53,984 nucleotides of DNA, from positions 1 to 53,984 of the forward strand of contig JAKSBQ010000079.1 of the NCBI GenBank assembly GCA_022361075.1, in the 5' to 3' direction. Below the pieces are notes generated by a model. It searched no databases and had not been told where the DNA came from. It saw only the letters and a program-made list of their open reading frames with translations. Below are positions 27,926 to 39,244 of the stretch, piece after piece (position 1 is the first letter of the stretch; the number at the start of each line of letters is the position of its first letter). The stretch is from Opitutales bacterium. Lineage in GTDB: Bacteria > Verrucomicrobiota > Verrucomicrobiia > Opitutales > JAFGAQ01. The translations under genes were made by a program, and so were the position numbers.

Positions 27926-28771
27926 TTAGACTCCTGCTAACTTGCGAAGATCTTGAAAGGATTTGGTAGATTTCTCCTGGAGTTCCATCAAGTCCTGTTG
28001 AGTCACCTCATGCTCACTCATCCACTCTTCGACTTCAGGATCGCCGCACTCTTCAGAACGAAATTGTCTGTGTTCCTTGCACCAACGGATGGAATAGTTG
28101 AGGGCCATCAATGAGTTTGTCGGGTTATTGACTCTTTCCGGCGTGAGTTGATTGAGAATGACCGACAAGATTCTCTGTGGAAAGTTCCAAGACGTCAGCA
28201 AAACGTGCCCAGAGTCTGTAAAATCAAAACCGAAATTCTCCACTTCCCATTCTTCTGATGGTTTGGAACCGTCCCACACGAGTGTGGAATCTCGATCGGA
28301 AAGAGTTTGATCGATAACGAGGCGCCCGATGCTGTGTAGCAATCCTAGTGTAAAGAAGTAGGAGCGATCTTCATCAAGTAGATCCGCAAAGTTTTCCATC
28401 GTCGCAGCAACCGCAGCGTTTTCCATCCAGTAGTCGAGCGCAGAGATCCCGTAGTGCTCTAGTGTTTTATTGAAGATCTGGCGTGACATGCTGATACTGA
28501 TCAGCTTCATCACCTCTCGAAAACCGAGTCGATGAATCGCGTCCTCCAGACTGGAGATTTCCAGTGCTCCTCCGTAATAGGCGCTGTTGCTGATACGCAT
28601 GATATCAGAGGTTAAGGAGCTGTCTGTTTTAATGGTGTCAACAAGATCGATTTGGTTGGAGTCCGGGTCATTTAGAATTTCAAACGCTTTGGCCAATACC
28701 TGCGCGCAGGCATGTAGCGACTCGATTTTCCCGATCGTCCTGAGAAGATCTTGTTCAGTGTAATTCACCAT
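27926..28771 (-). CDS. HDOD domain protein
   Basis: IKTDSSLTSDIMRISNSAYY, SLEDAIHRLG, FTLGLLHSIGRL, LLTSWNFP; start at ATG 28771. Confidence 0.9.
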   Translation of the reverse strand: MVNYTEQDLLRTIGKIESLHACAQVLAKAFEILNDPDSNQIDLVDTIKTDSSLTSDIMRISNSAYYGGALEISSLEDAIHRLGFREVMKLISISMSRQIFNKTLEHYGISALDYWMENAAVAATMENFADLLDEDRSYFFTLGLLHSIGRLVIDQTLSDRDSTLVWDGSKPSEEWEVENFGFDFTDSGHVLLTSWNFPQRILSVILNQLTPERVNNPTNSLMALNYSIRWCKEHRQFRSEECGDPEVEEWMSEHEVTQQDLMELQEKSTKSFQDLRKLAGV

Positions 28772-28957
28772 GATACAAAAAGCGGATATTTTGAATAGGC
28801 GGATGAAATCGCGCTTCCTTAAGTGGAAAAGCACCCTAAATCAAGGTATGGCGTTATTTCATGACCGCGAGAAGAAGCATTAATCAAACTTATGAAAGAA
28901 ATGCAGATCCGCAGGTGTCAATGAGTTATTAACAGATTATTAACATATTTCCAGAAT

Positions 28958-29245
28958 TCACCCTGTTTTTTCGTTCTTTGGAGGTATACGGAGTACAAAT
29001 TTGGCATGGTAATCCTGTGCCAGCACTTCCCGGGCCCTTGAGTCGATTTGCTGAATATAGGGTTCCAGATTCTCATCTGTATCGGCGAGGGAACTTACAG
29101 GATTTTTATTCTCGGGTTTCTGGACAGGAACCTCGGTAGTCGATTCATCGTAGCCTACCTGCCGATCGGCGGCTCCGGAAGGTTCGGGTTTGTCCGCTTC
29201 GAAAGCCACCTCCGGCTCTTCTTCTCGGACCAGCTTAACCTCTAC
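28958..29245 (-). CDS. dnaX: Probable C-terminal (tau) extension of DnaX in the -1 frame
   Basis: Open -1 frame from the A10 run: [16 protein letters not shown], an acidic/Pro linker, then [21 protein letters not shown]. Confidence 0.7.
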   Translation of the reverse strand, partial: VEVKLVREEEPEVAFEADKPEPSGAADRQVGYDESTTEVPVQKPENKNPVSSLADTDENLEPYIQQIDSRAREVLAQDYHAKFVLRIPPKNEKTG

Positions 29246-30354
29246 TTTTTTTTTTCGGGCAACTGGCTGATGGATTGCGTCATTCGCTTGATCACAACAT
29301 CAATCGGCATCGATTTCAGTTCCCTCATCGCGTGAAAGAGGGTGATTTCAAAGTTAACCCGATCCGAAAGCCCTCGCTTTACGGCATCTTCACCTTTTTT
29401 CAGCGTATCAATCACCCGAACGTAAGCCTGGACGTCGTAGGGGTGTTTGGTCCCCTCAAGAACCTCAAGCATGCGCTGTCGGAAGGATTTTTCCAGATCC
29501 AACAAAATTCGGTAAAGATCACGACCTTCGTTCACGAGCTCGTCGATTTGACTGAGAAGATCCTTTTCACTGCCCGACTCCATGGTCTCCACCAGCTTTT
29601 CGAGCTGGTCATGAGGAGCGAGTCCGTAGACATCAGTAATGTCGCTTTCTTTGATCTCGGTTCCGCAAAAAGCGATCATCTGATCAAGAATCGATTGTGC
29701 GTCCCGCATGCCGCCTCCGGCCAATGTTGCGATCGATTGCAGCGCATCATCCGAAATCTTGATATTCTCCGCTTCCGAAATTTGTGATAGTTTCTTAATA
29801 ATGACTTCGTCATCGATGGGTCGAAACTCAAATCGCTGACAGCGTGAAACGATTGTCGGCAAAACCTTGTGAGCTTCGGTGGTCGCAAAGAAAAATTTTA
29901 CATGCTCGGGAGGTTCTTCGAGTGTTTTCAGTAAAGCGTTGAAAGCGGCGTTACTGAGCATGTGGACCTCATCGATGATATAAATTTTGTAGCGGCACTG
30001 GGTAGGAGCGTAAATGCAATCGTCTCGCAGGTCTCGAATTTGATCAACAGAGTTGTTGGATGCTCCGTCGATTTCGATGACGTCCATCGATTGTCCGCCC
30101 ATGATGCTTTTCGAAATGTCGGTGTCAGGTGAAGCATCGATGCTCGGCTCTCCCTCTGCATTTAGTGCACATGCAAAAAGTCGAGCGGTGCTGGTTTTGC
30201 CTGTTCCTCGGGGGCCAACAAAAAGGTAAGCGTGTGCGATACGATTACGGTCGATCGCGTTCTTAAGCGTCTGAACGATGTGCTCCTGCCCGACCAGTTC
30301 ACTGAACTTTTTAGGGCGCCATCTTCGTGCGATTACCTGATAGGATTCCGTCAT
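29242..30354 (-). CDS. dnaX: DNA polymerase III gamma/tau, 0-frame (gamma-length, 370 aa)
   Basis: [54 protein letters not shown]. Confidence 0.97.
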   Translation of the reverse strand: MTESYQVIARRWRPKKFSELVGQEHIVQTLKNAIDRNRIAHAYLFVGPRGTGKTSTARLFACALNAEGEPSIDASPDTDISKSIMGGQSMDVIEIDGASNNSVDQIRDLRDDCIYAPTQCRYKIYIIDEVHMLSNAAFNALLKTLEEPPEHVKFFFATTEAHKVLPTIVSRCQRFEFRPIDDEVIIKKLSQISEAENIKISDDALQSIATLAGGGMRDAQSILDQMIAFCGTEIKESDITDVYGLAPHDQLEKLVETMESGSEKDLLSQIDELVNEGRDLYRILLDLEKSFRQRMLEVLEGTKHPYDVQAYVRVIDTLKKGEDAVKRGLSDRVNFEITLFHAMRELKSMPIDVVIKRMTQSISQLPEKKK

Positions 30355-30381
30355 GATGAGAAACTCCGTTCAGTCTATTTG

Positions 30382-31119
30382 TCAGGAGTAGGCTAACTCA
30401 AACACTTTCTGTATCGAACCTGTGTGAATCAGAAAATTTGCGAGTTCGACATCTTCAGGATTGGTGATCTTGAAGTTGTTTTGTTGAGGCAAAACCAAAG
30501 AGACACCTCGTTTTTCCAGCTGATAGGCCGCCACGCAGTCGGTGACCTCTTTTTCAAGATCTTCGATTTGTTCGTAGGCCTCAAGGAGGTTTTTGGTTTT
30601 AAATACTTGTGGAGTTGCCATTGCGTAGAGGGTATCTCGATTAAGATCTTCGAGCTGTAGATTTTCCAGATCACCTGTTCGATCTGCTTGTTTGATCGTA
30701 TCGGTGACCTTAGTGGCCATTGTAGCCGCCCCAGTTTTGGAAACAGCCCTGGAGAGATTTTGTAGGTCCTGGGGCGTGATGAATGGCCGGGCGGAATCGT
30801 GGACAAACACTACTTTCTCGGAGTCGTTGATCATTCTGAGGGCGTTCATCACCGAATCTTGACGACGGGCTCCACCCGTTACCCACTTGATGGGAAGGGA
30901 TTCTTTCAAACACTGTTTCAATTCACCTTTGATCTTCGTCTTCTGCTCCTCATTCCGGTGCACGATCACGAGTTCATCAAAAAGGCCCGCCTGGTGAAAC
31001 ACCACCACACTCCAACTGATGACCGCTCCAGCCCCGATTCGAAGCAGCGCTTTGTCCTGGGTGACGGATTTCAGACGATTTCCCGAACCCCCGGCAAGAA
31101 TGATCCCGACGTGTTTCAT
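30382..31119 (-). CDS. ispD: 2-C-methyl-D-erythritol 4-phosphate cytidylyltransferase
   Basis: LAGGSGNR, GGARRQDSV, VHDSARP, TPQVF, NFKITNPED. Confidence 0.93.
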   Translation of the reverse strand: MKHVGIILAGGSGNRLKSVTQDKALLRIGAGAVISWSVVVFHQAGLFDELVIVHRNEEQKTKIKGELKQCLKESLPIKWVTGGARRQDSVMNALRMINDSEKVVFVHDSARPFITPQDLQNLSRAVSKTGAATMATKVTDTIKQADRTGDLENLQLEDLNRDTLYAMATPQVFKTKNLLEAYEQIEDLEKEVTDCVAAYQLEKRGVSLVLPQQNNFKITNPEDVELANFLIHTGSIQKVFELAYS

Positions 31120-31181
31120 ATCGAGAGAATCCTGTCCCAAGCGTTGGTTTGGGGCAAGCCTGACTTACTTATCGAAAATAG

Positions 31182-31257
31182 GGTAGGGCTGGTCCGGCAG
31201 CAGCCGGATCAACCGTTCGTTCTCAATAGTGGTTGTACTGGGATGCTCAACGCTACC
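31182..31257. repeat. GTAG-type REP/REPIN-like element
   Basis: GGTAG + GGCTGGTCCGGC-AGCA-GCCGGATCAACC hairpin, with a closing CTACC at 31253-31257. Confidence 0.55.
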
Positions 31258-31259
31258 TT

Positions 31260-33860
31260 TTAAAAGGACTTTTTCAGCGTGAATCGATAAGTCCTTGGAA
31301 GACCCTTTGTTACCAGTGTGTTGGACGCAAACAACGGATCTGCTCCGAGGAAGTAGTCTTCGTCGGTCAGGTTTTCGACACCTACGGATACCTGCCAGTC
31401 TCCGAAAGTCCGGCTGGCGTGGAGCTGGATTTGCAGCGAATCGGGTAACTTGATCGTTTGCTCGAAGTTCAACCAGTGAGCCCGACTGTAGATTCCGCTC
31501 GCGCTGAAGCTGTAAGTCCCTGGTGTCCAGATCAGGTGGGCCTTGTAAGTCGTTTCGGGAATCCCAGGGTAGTTGAGCTCAGGATTGTTTTCTGGGAAAG
31601 CATCGACTCCTCCGTTGAGCACCCCAGCGTTTAACGCCCAGTCTTGCTCGGACTGCGGAAGTGAACGGAATCCGAGACCTGACAGACGGCGGATGCGCTG
31701 ATTCTCTGCGGAAGCGATCAGGTAGAGGTCATCTTGAATCAGAGTAATCGTCGCTTCGAATTCCACACCTTTGCCTTCGAGAGGCTCGGACTGAAAGTCC
31801 CGTTGATTAAATCGACTTTGCTCCCATTCCCAGATGGACAAACTCGCCTCAATCCGGTCGTCGATTGCTCGAACTTTCACTCCACCTTCGATCAGTTTGG
31901 CCTTTGCGAAATTTTCTTCACCGAATACGCCGCCTGCCTGAGTCAGATCGAGTGCGATACCGTCTTGCACCGCAGCGTAGAGGCGAATGGCATCTGAGAC
32001 CCGGTAAGTGATGTAAGCACCGAGGCTGTAGAGCGATTTTTCTCCATTCTGATTGAGAGATTCACGGATGTCATCACTGGCTCTTTGGACCCGCGATGGA
32101 AGTTCAGCGTCATACCAAGCCTGTTCTGCACGGGCTGATAGCATGATTCGCAGACGGCTGTTTAGGTCACTGTCCAGTTGTGCGAATGCGCCGGTCTGGA
32201 AGAGTTTGGATTTCACGTTTGCCCCAATGTCGGGGGACCAATAGTTGAGACCGTCGGGGCCAATTTGGGGTCCGGCCAGGATCTTTGAATTCGAGCTGAC
32301 TTCGTTCCTGGAAATATCGCGACGTGAAAAGGGTTCCGCAAAATAATCCTGAACCATCTCTGCTGAAGTGTAACGCAATCCGACTCCGTAGGAGATCCAT
32401 GTGTTGCTTCCGAAATCGAGATGGTTCTGTCCTTGAGTTTTGTTGGCGAAGACAAATTGTTCGGTGTCAATTGCGTATCCGTATGATGAGAGTTTTTCAG
32501 TCTTGAGGGCGTCGATCAGTGTTTTGTTTTGCCAGTGAGTATTCTCGCCTCCGGTCCAGTCGAGATCAAGGAAGCCCACCCAATTGGTTGCTTCTGATTT
32601 ATCCTCTTCATCTGACAAAATCTGACTCCCATCAATCGGGGTGGTAAAAACAATACCACCCTGGTCAAAATAGGCCCTCGTGTAGCGATAGCCCTCGTTT
32701 GGGTTGCCGCTCAATCTTGCCAAAGTGTCTGCGACCGGAGCCCCGGCTTGATAAAGTGGGTCATGCTCACCGGTGCTCGGCAGCGGTTGGCCGTAGGCGC
32801 GAGCGAGATCGTTGGGATTTGAGAGATCCAGCATAGCTTCGCGAGCTGCGTCACTGATCAGGCCGTTGTTCACCGCGTCATCGACAACCGCTGTGGGAAC
32901 GACGAGTGCGTTGAAGTCCTGAATTCCATTTGCCCATCCGTAGCCGAACGGAAATGAAGCGAGGTCTCGATTTCCAGTATTCTGAAAATCAGAATCGGTG
33001 ATATTGATCGGCTCACCGATGACGTAGTTCCCGTTATCGACTAGCGCCTGAGTCGGTCGATTCCAGCCGGCGTTTTCGTTACTTTCAAAATGGAAAAACT
33101 CGAATCCTCCAAACGCTGTGACTTTCTTGTTAAGGTCGGTTTTGATCGCGACGTAGATGGATTCGAAATCATTTTTCAAACGATCGTAATATCCGTCTTC
33201 TCTTTGAAATGTTGCGGAGACACGAAAAGCCGACGGTTTTCCGAACATCATCACCGGTCCTCCGTAATCGAGTTGAGCGCGGTAATGATCGTAACTGCCC
33301 ACTGAAAGTGATAGCGAACCCCTTCGTTCGTCAAAAAATGGTGCCTTCGGAACCATATTTACGAAACCTCCCACGTGAGTTGGAGAAATGTGGGGTGGAG
33401 TTGGCCCCTTCACGATATCGAGCGCCTCCGACGAGCCGAAGGAAAGTGGCATCTCATTCAGGTTAAAGGATCGGACCATTCCGTTGAGCAGAGTCGCACC
33501 TTTCGCACCACGGATGATAGGAGTGCCGGTCACCCCGTAGTGATTGATGATCTGTGTGCCGGCGCCAAATTTCGAGAGTGAGCGAAGATCGTCGATATCG
33601 AGTAACTCCATGTGGGTTGGAGTGACCATCGTAACTGATCGAGGCATTTCCAGCACCGACATGTCGCCCGTGAAAATCCCTGTCACCGGACGCGACGATG
33701 GAGTGATCGCACCGCTTTGGTAAGCAGACGACTCTCTCACGATGAAAGCTTCCAATTCCTGGATAGGTCCAAGATCCTCTTCGTCTACACGCGTTTGAGC
33801 GTTGCTGACGGCGTTAATCAGAAGGGTTAGCAGTAATCCACACGAATACTTGAATTTCAT
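31260..33860 (-). CDS. TonB-dependent receptor
   Basis: Signal peptide, plug (PRSVTMV, IRG, DIVKGP, GGFVNMVPK), C-terminal VENLTDEDY...PRTYRFTLKKSF. Confidence 0.92.
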   Translation of the reverse strand: MKFKYSCGLLLTLLINAVSNAQTRVDEEDLGPIQELEAFIVRESSAYQSGAITPSSRPVTGIFTGDMSVLEMPRSVTMVTPTHMELLDIDDLRSLSKFGAGTQIINHYGVTGTPIIRGAKGATLLNGMVRSFNLNEMPLSFGSSEALDIVKGPTPPHISPTHVGGFVNMVPKAPFFDERRGSLSLSVGSYDHYRAQLDYGGPVMMFGKPSAFRVSATFQREDGYYDRLKNDFESIYVAIKTDLNKKVTAFGGFEFFHFESNENAGWNRPTQALVDNGNYVIGEPINITDSDFQNTGNRDLASFPFGYGWANGIQDFNALVVPTAVVDDAVNNGLISDAAREAMLDLSNPNDLARAYGQPLPSTGEHDPLYQAGAPVADTLARLSGNPNEGYRYTRAYFDQGGIVFTTPIDGSQILSDEEDKSEATNWVGFLDLDWTGGENTHWQNKTLIDALKTEKLSSYGYAIDTEQFVFANKTQGQNHLDFGSNTWISYGVGLRYTSAEMVQDYFAEPFSRRDISRNEVSSNSKILAGPQIGPDGLNYWSPDIGANVKSKLFQTGAFAQLDSDLNSRLRIMLSARAEQAWYDAELPSRVQRASDDIRESLNQNGEKSLYSLGAYITYRVSDAIRLYAAVQDGIALDLTQAGGVFGEENFAKAKLIEGGVKVRAIDDRIEASLSIWEWEQSRFNQRDFQSEPLEGKGVEFEATITLIQDDLYLIASAENQRIRRLSGLGFRSLPQSEQDWALNAGVLNGGVDAFPENNPELNYPGIPETTYKAHLIWTPGTYSFSASGIYSRAHWLNFEQTIKLPDSLQIQLHASRTFGDWQVSVGVENLTDEDYFLGADPLFASNTLVTKGLPRTYRFTLKKSF

Positions 33861-33923
33861 GGTTTGTTAAGTTGACGAGAGGGAAATGCTGCCACCAAGT
33901 CCCGCTCCTGTTGGTTGATCCCG

Positions 33924-34919
33924 TTAGGGAGTTGAAGAGGCGAAGATTGTGAAAACCTCCGAATAATCAAACTTTTTTTCGATGATTTTCATGTCGCTCA
34001 AAATCTGAATTTGCTCCTGAAGGCGTGCGGGATCGAATTTGCCGATGGAGTTTGCTGTTTCCATAGCGACCATGTGATTTTTGATCAATTGGATTCGAAT
34101 GTAGTTCATGAAATCATCGGTCATCTTTGGGTTACGATTTTGGATCAACTCATGAGCCGGGCTTGGGTCGCCAAATAGGTAGCTCTGCCAGGCTTCATGG
34201 GTAGCATTTACGAATTTTTCCACCACCTCAGGGCGATCTTGCAGGGAATCGGAGTGAACCACGATGCCGCGATAAGCATCCCATCCGGATTTCCACATCG
34301 GTAGGACAATTGGGTCGGCTCCCAGTTTTCGCACCTGATATGGTTCGTTGGTGAGAAAACACTGCATGACGAATTCTTTGTCGTTCAGATAATGGCTCAG
34401 GCCAAAATTGTGAGGCATGCGTACCACCTGAATGTCATACTTTCCTTCAAGATAATCGATCCAGGGAGCGGCAACGTTGACCATGATGCGCTTCCCGTCG
34501 AGTTGCCCGAATTCGGTGATCGGGTTTTCCGCGTGAGACAAAATCGCCAACGGGTTGTGCTGAAGAGTGACTCCAACAAACTGCACTGGCATTCCCCGGG
34601 CGAAGGCGACGATCACGTCGTCCGAACGAGCGTTGACAAAATCGCATCGTTTCAAAATGAGGCGCTTCATGGGGTCTGCGTTGGGACCTCCCTCGACGAT
34701 CGTGACATCGAGTCCGTATTTCTCATAAATTCCTGCCGCTTTCGCTTGGTAAAATCCCGCATACTCTGGCTGCGCCAACCAGTCCGTCTGCATGGTGATG
34801 GAAATCAGGTCATTGTCCGCTTTTTCCGGCTCAGGAGAACTGCAGGAAATCAGGCAGAAGAAGGCCAACAAAAGTGTGGCGATCAGTGTCGGTTGTGAGT
34901 TGCGAAAGAGTCGTGCCAT
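33924..34919 (-). CDS. NMT1/THI5-like ABC substrate-binding lipoprotein
   Basis: Lipobox LISC, QTDWLAQPEYAGFYQAKAAGIYEKYGLDV..GGP, TNEPY. Confidence 0.9.
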   Translation of the reverse strand: MARLFRNSQPTLIATLLLAFFCLISCSSPEPEKADNDLISITMQTDWLAQPEYAGFYQAKAAGIYEKYGLDVTIVEGGPNADPMKRLILKRCDFVNARSDDVIVAFARGMPVQFVGVTLQHNPLAILSHAENPITEFGQLDGKRIMVNVAAPWIDYLEGKYDIQVVRMPHNFGLSHYLNDKEFVMQCFLTNEPYQVRKLGADPIVLPMWKSGWDAYRGIVVHSDSLQDRPEVVEKFVNATHEAWQSYLFGDPSPAHELIQNRNPKMTDDFMNYIRIQLIKNHMVAMETANSIGKFDPARLQEQIQILSDMKIIEKKFDYSEVFTIFASSTP

Positions 34920-35677
34920 TTATGGAGAAGAAGCCAATTGATGAATTGGATCGACGCAACCATAAGTATTCCGAGCAGGCATGCGGAAAGTCCCGCAGCA
35001 AATAGCTCAGGAATCCGGGTTTCTTTGTTGTAAATAAAAACCAGCAATCCCAATCCACCTCGATTACCCGCGAAGCTTCCTACGAAAAACTCACCGAATA
35101 CCGCTCCGATTGGAACAAGCGTGGCACCGATCTTGAAGCCATTGATCATGTCCGGTACGGCGTGAGGGATACGCAGCAGACTCATCAATTGAAAACGATT
35201 TGCCTGATAAACTTTCAGGCAGTCGATCATGTTGGGTTCGGTTGAGATGAGTCCGTGGGTGGTGTTGGCCACGATGGGGAAAAAGGTCGTTATGAAGGTG
35301 ATCGTGATCACCGAGGCGGGACCATAATCGAACCACAGCACGATGATCGGTGCGAAAATGACGACAGGAGTCATTTGGATGAGTAAAACCCATGGATAAA
35401 TTGCTTTTCGAACGCTCAGAGAGCTACTCAATAGAATCGAAATGGAAACTCCGGCAACGATGGATAGGCCGAATCCTGACAAACCGTAAACCGCGGTAAC
35501 CATGGTTGCGCTGAACAAGCGTTCGCCCTCTCGAAAAAAGGCGAAGATGACATCATGGAACGGAGGCAGAAAAAACGGGCTGATCTTAAAAATCCAGATT
35601 GCGGCATACCAGACGAGAACGAACACGATTCCGGAAATGAGAGGAGGAAGCATTCGGTTTTTTGAAATCGAATTCAT
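34883..35677 (-). CDS. ABC permease (SsuC/TauC/ThiX type)
   Basis: QMTPVVIFAP, FFPIVANT..GL, LRIPHAVP, IGAVFGEF. Confidence 0.92.
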   Translation of the reverse strand: MNSISKNRMLPPLISGIVFVLVWYAAIWIFKISPFFLPPFHDVIFAFFREGERLFSATMVTAVYGLSGFGLSIVAGVSISILLSSSLSVRKAIYPWVLLIQMTPVVIFAPIIVLWFDYGPASVITITFITTFFPIVANTTHGLISTEPNMIDCLKVYQANRFQLMSLLRIPHAVPDMINGFKIGATLVPIGAVFGEFFVGSFAGNRGGLGLLVFIYNKETRIPELFAAGLSACLLGILMVASIQFINWLLLHKWHDSFATHNRH

Positions 35678-36438
35678 GTGATCCTTCCTTTTTTCAGGAT
35701 TTCGCGAATCTCCTGAACATGCCTGAGAAACTCCGGTGAATTTTGAATCTCTTCGACCCGCGGTCTTTCAAGATCAATTTTTACGTCGTCTACGATTTCA
35801 CCCGGGGTTCCGCTCATGACGAGAACACGATCCGACATGTAGACAGCCTCATTTACCGAGTGTGTCACCATAAGTGCTGCCCACTTTTGTCGATTTTGCA
35901 GTTCTAGAATCAGGTGATTCATCTGATGACGCGTGATGGCGTCAAGGGCCGCAAATGGCTCGTCGAGAAACATCATCTCGGGTTCGACAGAAAGCGCTCG
36001 CGCGATGGAGACTCTCATCCGCATTCCTCCGGAAAGGGCCTTGGGGTAGGTGTTGGCTTTCTCTTTTAATAAAACCTGTTCCAAAACCTTGGCAGCGATT
36101 GATTGGCGATCCTCTTTTTTGACACCCTGAAGTTGCAAGGGGATCTCAACATTTTGTTGGGCCGTTTTCCACGGTAGGAGTGTTGGGTCCTGAAAAATAA
36201 AAGCAATGGAAGGTTGATCTCCCCCCTGCCAATTAAAATCTCCCGAACTCGCTTTGATAAGATGGGCGAGAGCCTTGAGAAAAGTGGACTTCCCGCACCC
36301 ACTCGGCCCGATGACCGAAACGAACTCGCCGCGTTGTACCTCTGTTGAAATATTTTGGAAAGCGGGCAAATCGAGTCCGCTGTATCTAAGTGAGAGATCT
36401 CTCACTTGAAGCAACGGAACAGGATGTGGGTTGGTCAT
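35674..36438 (-). CDS. ABC ATP-binding protein (SsuB/TauB type)
   Basis: GPSGCGKST, FQDPTLLPW, LSGGMRMR, LDEPF, VTHS. Confidence 0.95.
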   Translation of the reverse strand: MTNPHPVPLLQVRDLSLRYSGLDLPAFQNISTEVQRGEFVSVIGPSGCGKSTFLKALAHLIKASSGDFNWQGGDQPSIAFIFQDPTLLPWKTAQQNVEIPLQLQGVKKEDRQSIAAKVLEQVLLKEKANTYPKALSGGMRMRVSIARALSVEPEMMFLDEPFAALDAITRHQMNHLILELQNRQKWAALMVTHSVNEAVYMSDRVLVMSGTPGEIVDDVKIDLERPRVEEIQNSPEFLRHVQEIREILKKGRIT

Positions 36439-36477
36439 TCCTGAGTGTTTGGAAATCAGTGTGTTTTTGGCAACCCC

Positions 36478-36500
36478 TGAATTTACCGGTGAATTTACCG
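36478..36500. promoter_or_regulatory. Tandem 11-bp direct repeat, candidate operator
   Basis: TGAATTTACCG at 36478 and 36490, upstream of the ABC/TBDR operon. Confidence 0.4.
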
Positions 36501-36554
36501 TTCCTAGAATCCTTGCTTGTCATCCTCAGGATGCCCATCTAACTTGAGCGGGCA

Positions 36555-36758
36555 GTGATTGAGGCGTGGAATCAGATCCAGCAAACATTGCTGCAGACCT
36601 ATCACAATGGGGACTGGTGGTTGATCGTCGCCGCGATCGTTTTAGCGATTATCATTGGGGTCGTTTTGAAGAAATTGTTCAAGTTCGTACTGAACGTGAT
36701 CTTTTTCGTTTTGATATTCCTCGCGGTCATTTTTGGTTTGAGCTATTGGGTTACTTAG
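36555..36758 (+). CDS. Small two-helix membrane protein
   Basis: Two hydrophobic segments separated by KKLFK; fills the gap before pyrG. Confidence 0.65.
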   Translation: MIEAWNQIQQTLLQTYHNGDWWLIVAAIVLAIIIGVVLKKLFKFVLNVIFFVLIFLAVIFGLSYWVT

Positions 36759-36787
36759 GTTCGGTTGATGCAACGAGTTGTTTATAG

Positions 36788-38386
<1,599 letters not shown>

Positions 38387-38397
38387 GGGGCGGAATT

Positions 38398-39210
38398 ATG
38401 CTTTTTGATTCAAACAAAATGCTGTTACTGGCTGGTCCTTGTTCATTGGAAAACAAGGATCTCGCACTCAAAGTAGCGTCGACGCTGAAATCTATCGCTG
38501 ACACTGAACCTCGCATCAATTTGATTTTCAAAGGATCGTTCGACAAAGCGAATCGCACGTCGCTCTCCAGCAAACGAGGTCCTGGTCTTGAGGAAGGAGT
38601 GGAAATATTCAAAGCGGTTAAGGAAGCGACAGGCTTGCCGTGCGTGACCGATATTCATGCCCCTGGGCAGGCTGCGAAGATAGCGGAGGTTTGTGATGTC
38701 TTGCAGATCCCCGCGTTTTTGTGTCGTCAAACCGATCTTTTGGTTGCTGCCGCCGAGACGGGACGAGTGGTCAATGTGAAGAAAGGGCAATTCCTCTCAC
38801 CAGATGAAATGGAGTTTGTTGTGAACAAACTTGAAGGTGCAGGAGCAAAAGAAATCTGGCTCACCGATCGAGGGACTTCGTTTGGCTATCAAAATCTTGT
38901 GGTGGACATGCGTGCGATGCCAATTATGGGGAAGTTTGGTCATCCTTGTATCCTTGATGCGACCCACGCAGTTCAACTTCCCGGAGCCAGTGGTGGAAAA
39001 AGTGGAGGGAAAAGAGAATTTGTCCCTACACTAGCTTGTGCTTCACTCGCAGCAGGGGCAAACGGGCTTTTTTTGGAAACCCACCCAACCCCTGCCGAAG
39101 CGCTTTCCGACGCCGAGAGCCAACTCCCTTTGGACAGCCTTCCCACGTGGTTGCCTCACTGGTTGGGAATCTGGGAACACGCCCAAAAGATGCCGGAAAT
39201 TGGTTTTTGA
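38398..39210 (+). CDS. kdsA: KDO-8-phosphate synthase
   Basis: [43 protein letters not shown]. Confidence 0.97.
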   Translation: MLFDSNKMLLLAGPCSLENKDLALKVASTLKSIADTEPRINLIFKGSFDKANRTSLSSKRGPGLEEGVEIFKAVKEATGLPCVTDIHAPGQAAKIAEVCDVLQIPAFLCRQTDLLVAAAETGRVVNVKKGQFLSPDEMEFVVNKLEGAGAKEIWLTDRGTSFGYQNLVVDMRAMPIMGKFGHPCILDATHAVQLPGASGGKSGGKREFVPTLACASLAAGANGLFLETHPTPAEALSDAESQLPLDSLPTWLPHWLGIWEHAQKMPEIGF

Positions 39211-39244
39211 GGGAAATCCGTTTTAAAGTCCCTTTTTATAAAAA

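Noticed and set aside
28958-29209. Independent 83-aa hypothetical gene
   Set aside because: Better explained as the -1 frame continuation of dnaX, since the frame is open back to the A10 run
36439-36554. TPP riboswitch before the NMT1/THI5-type ABC operon
   Set aside because: No CTGAGA core or matching TPP structure seen by eye
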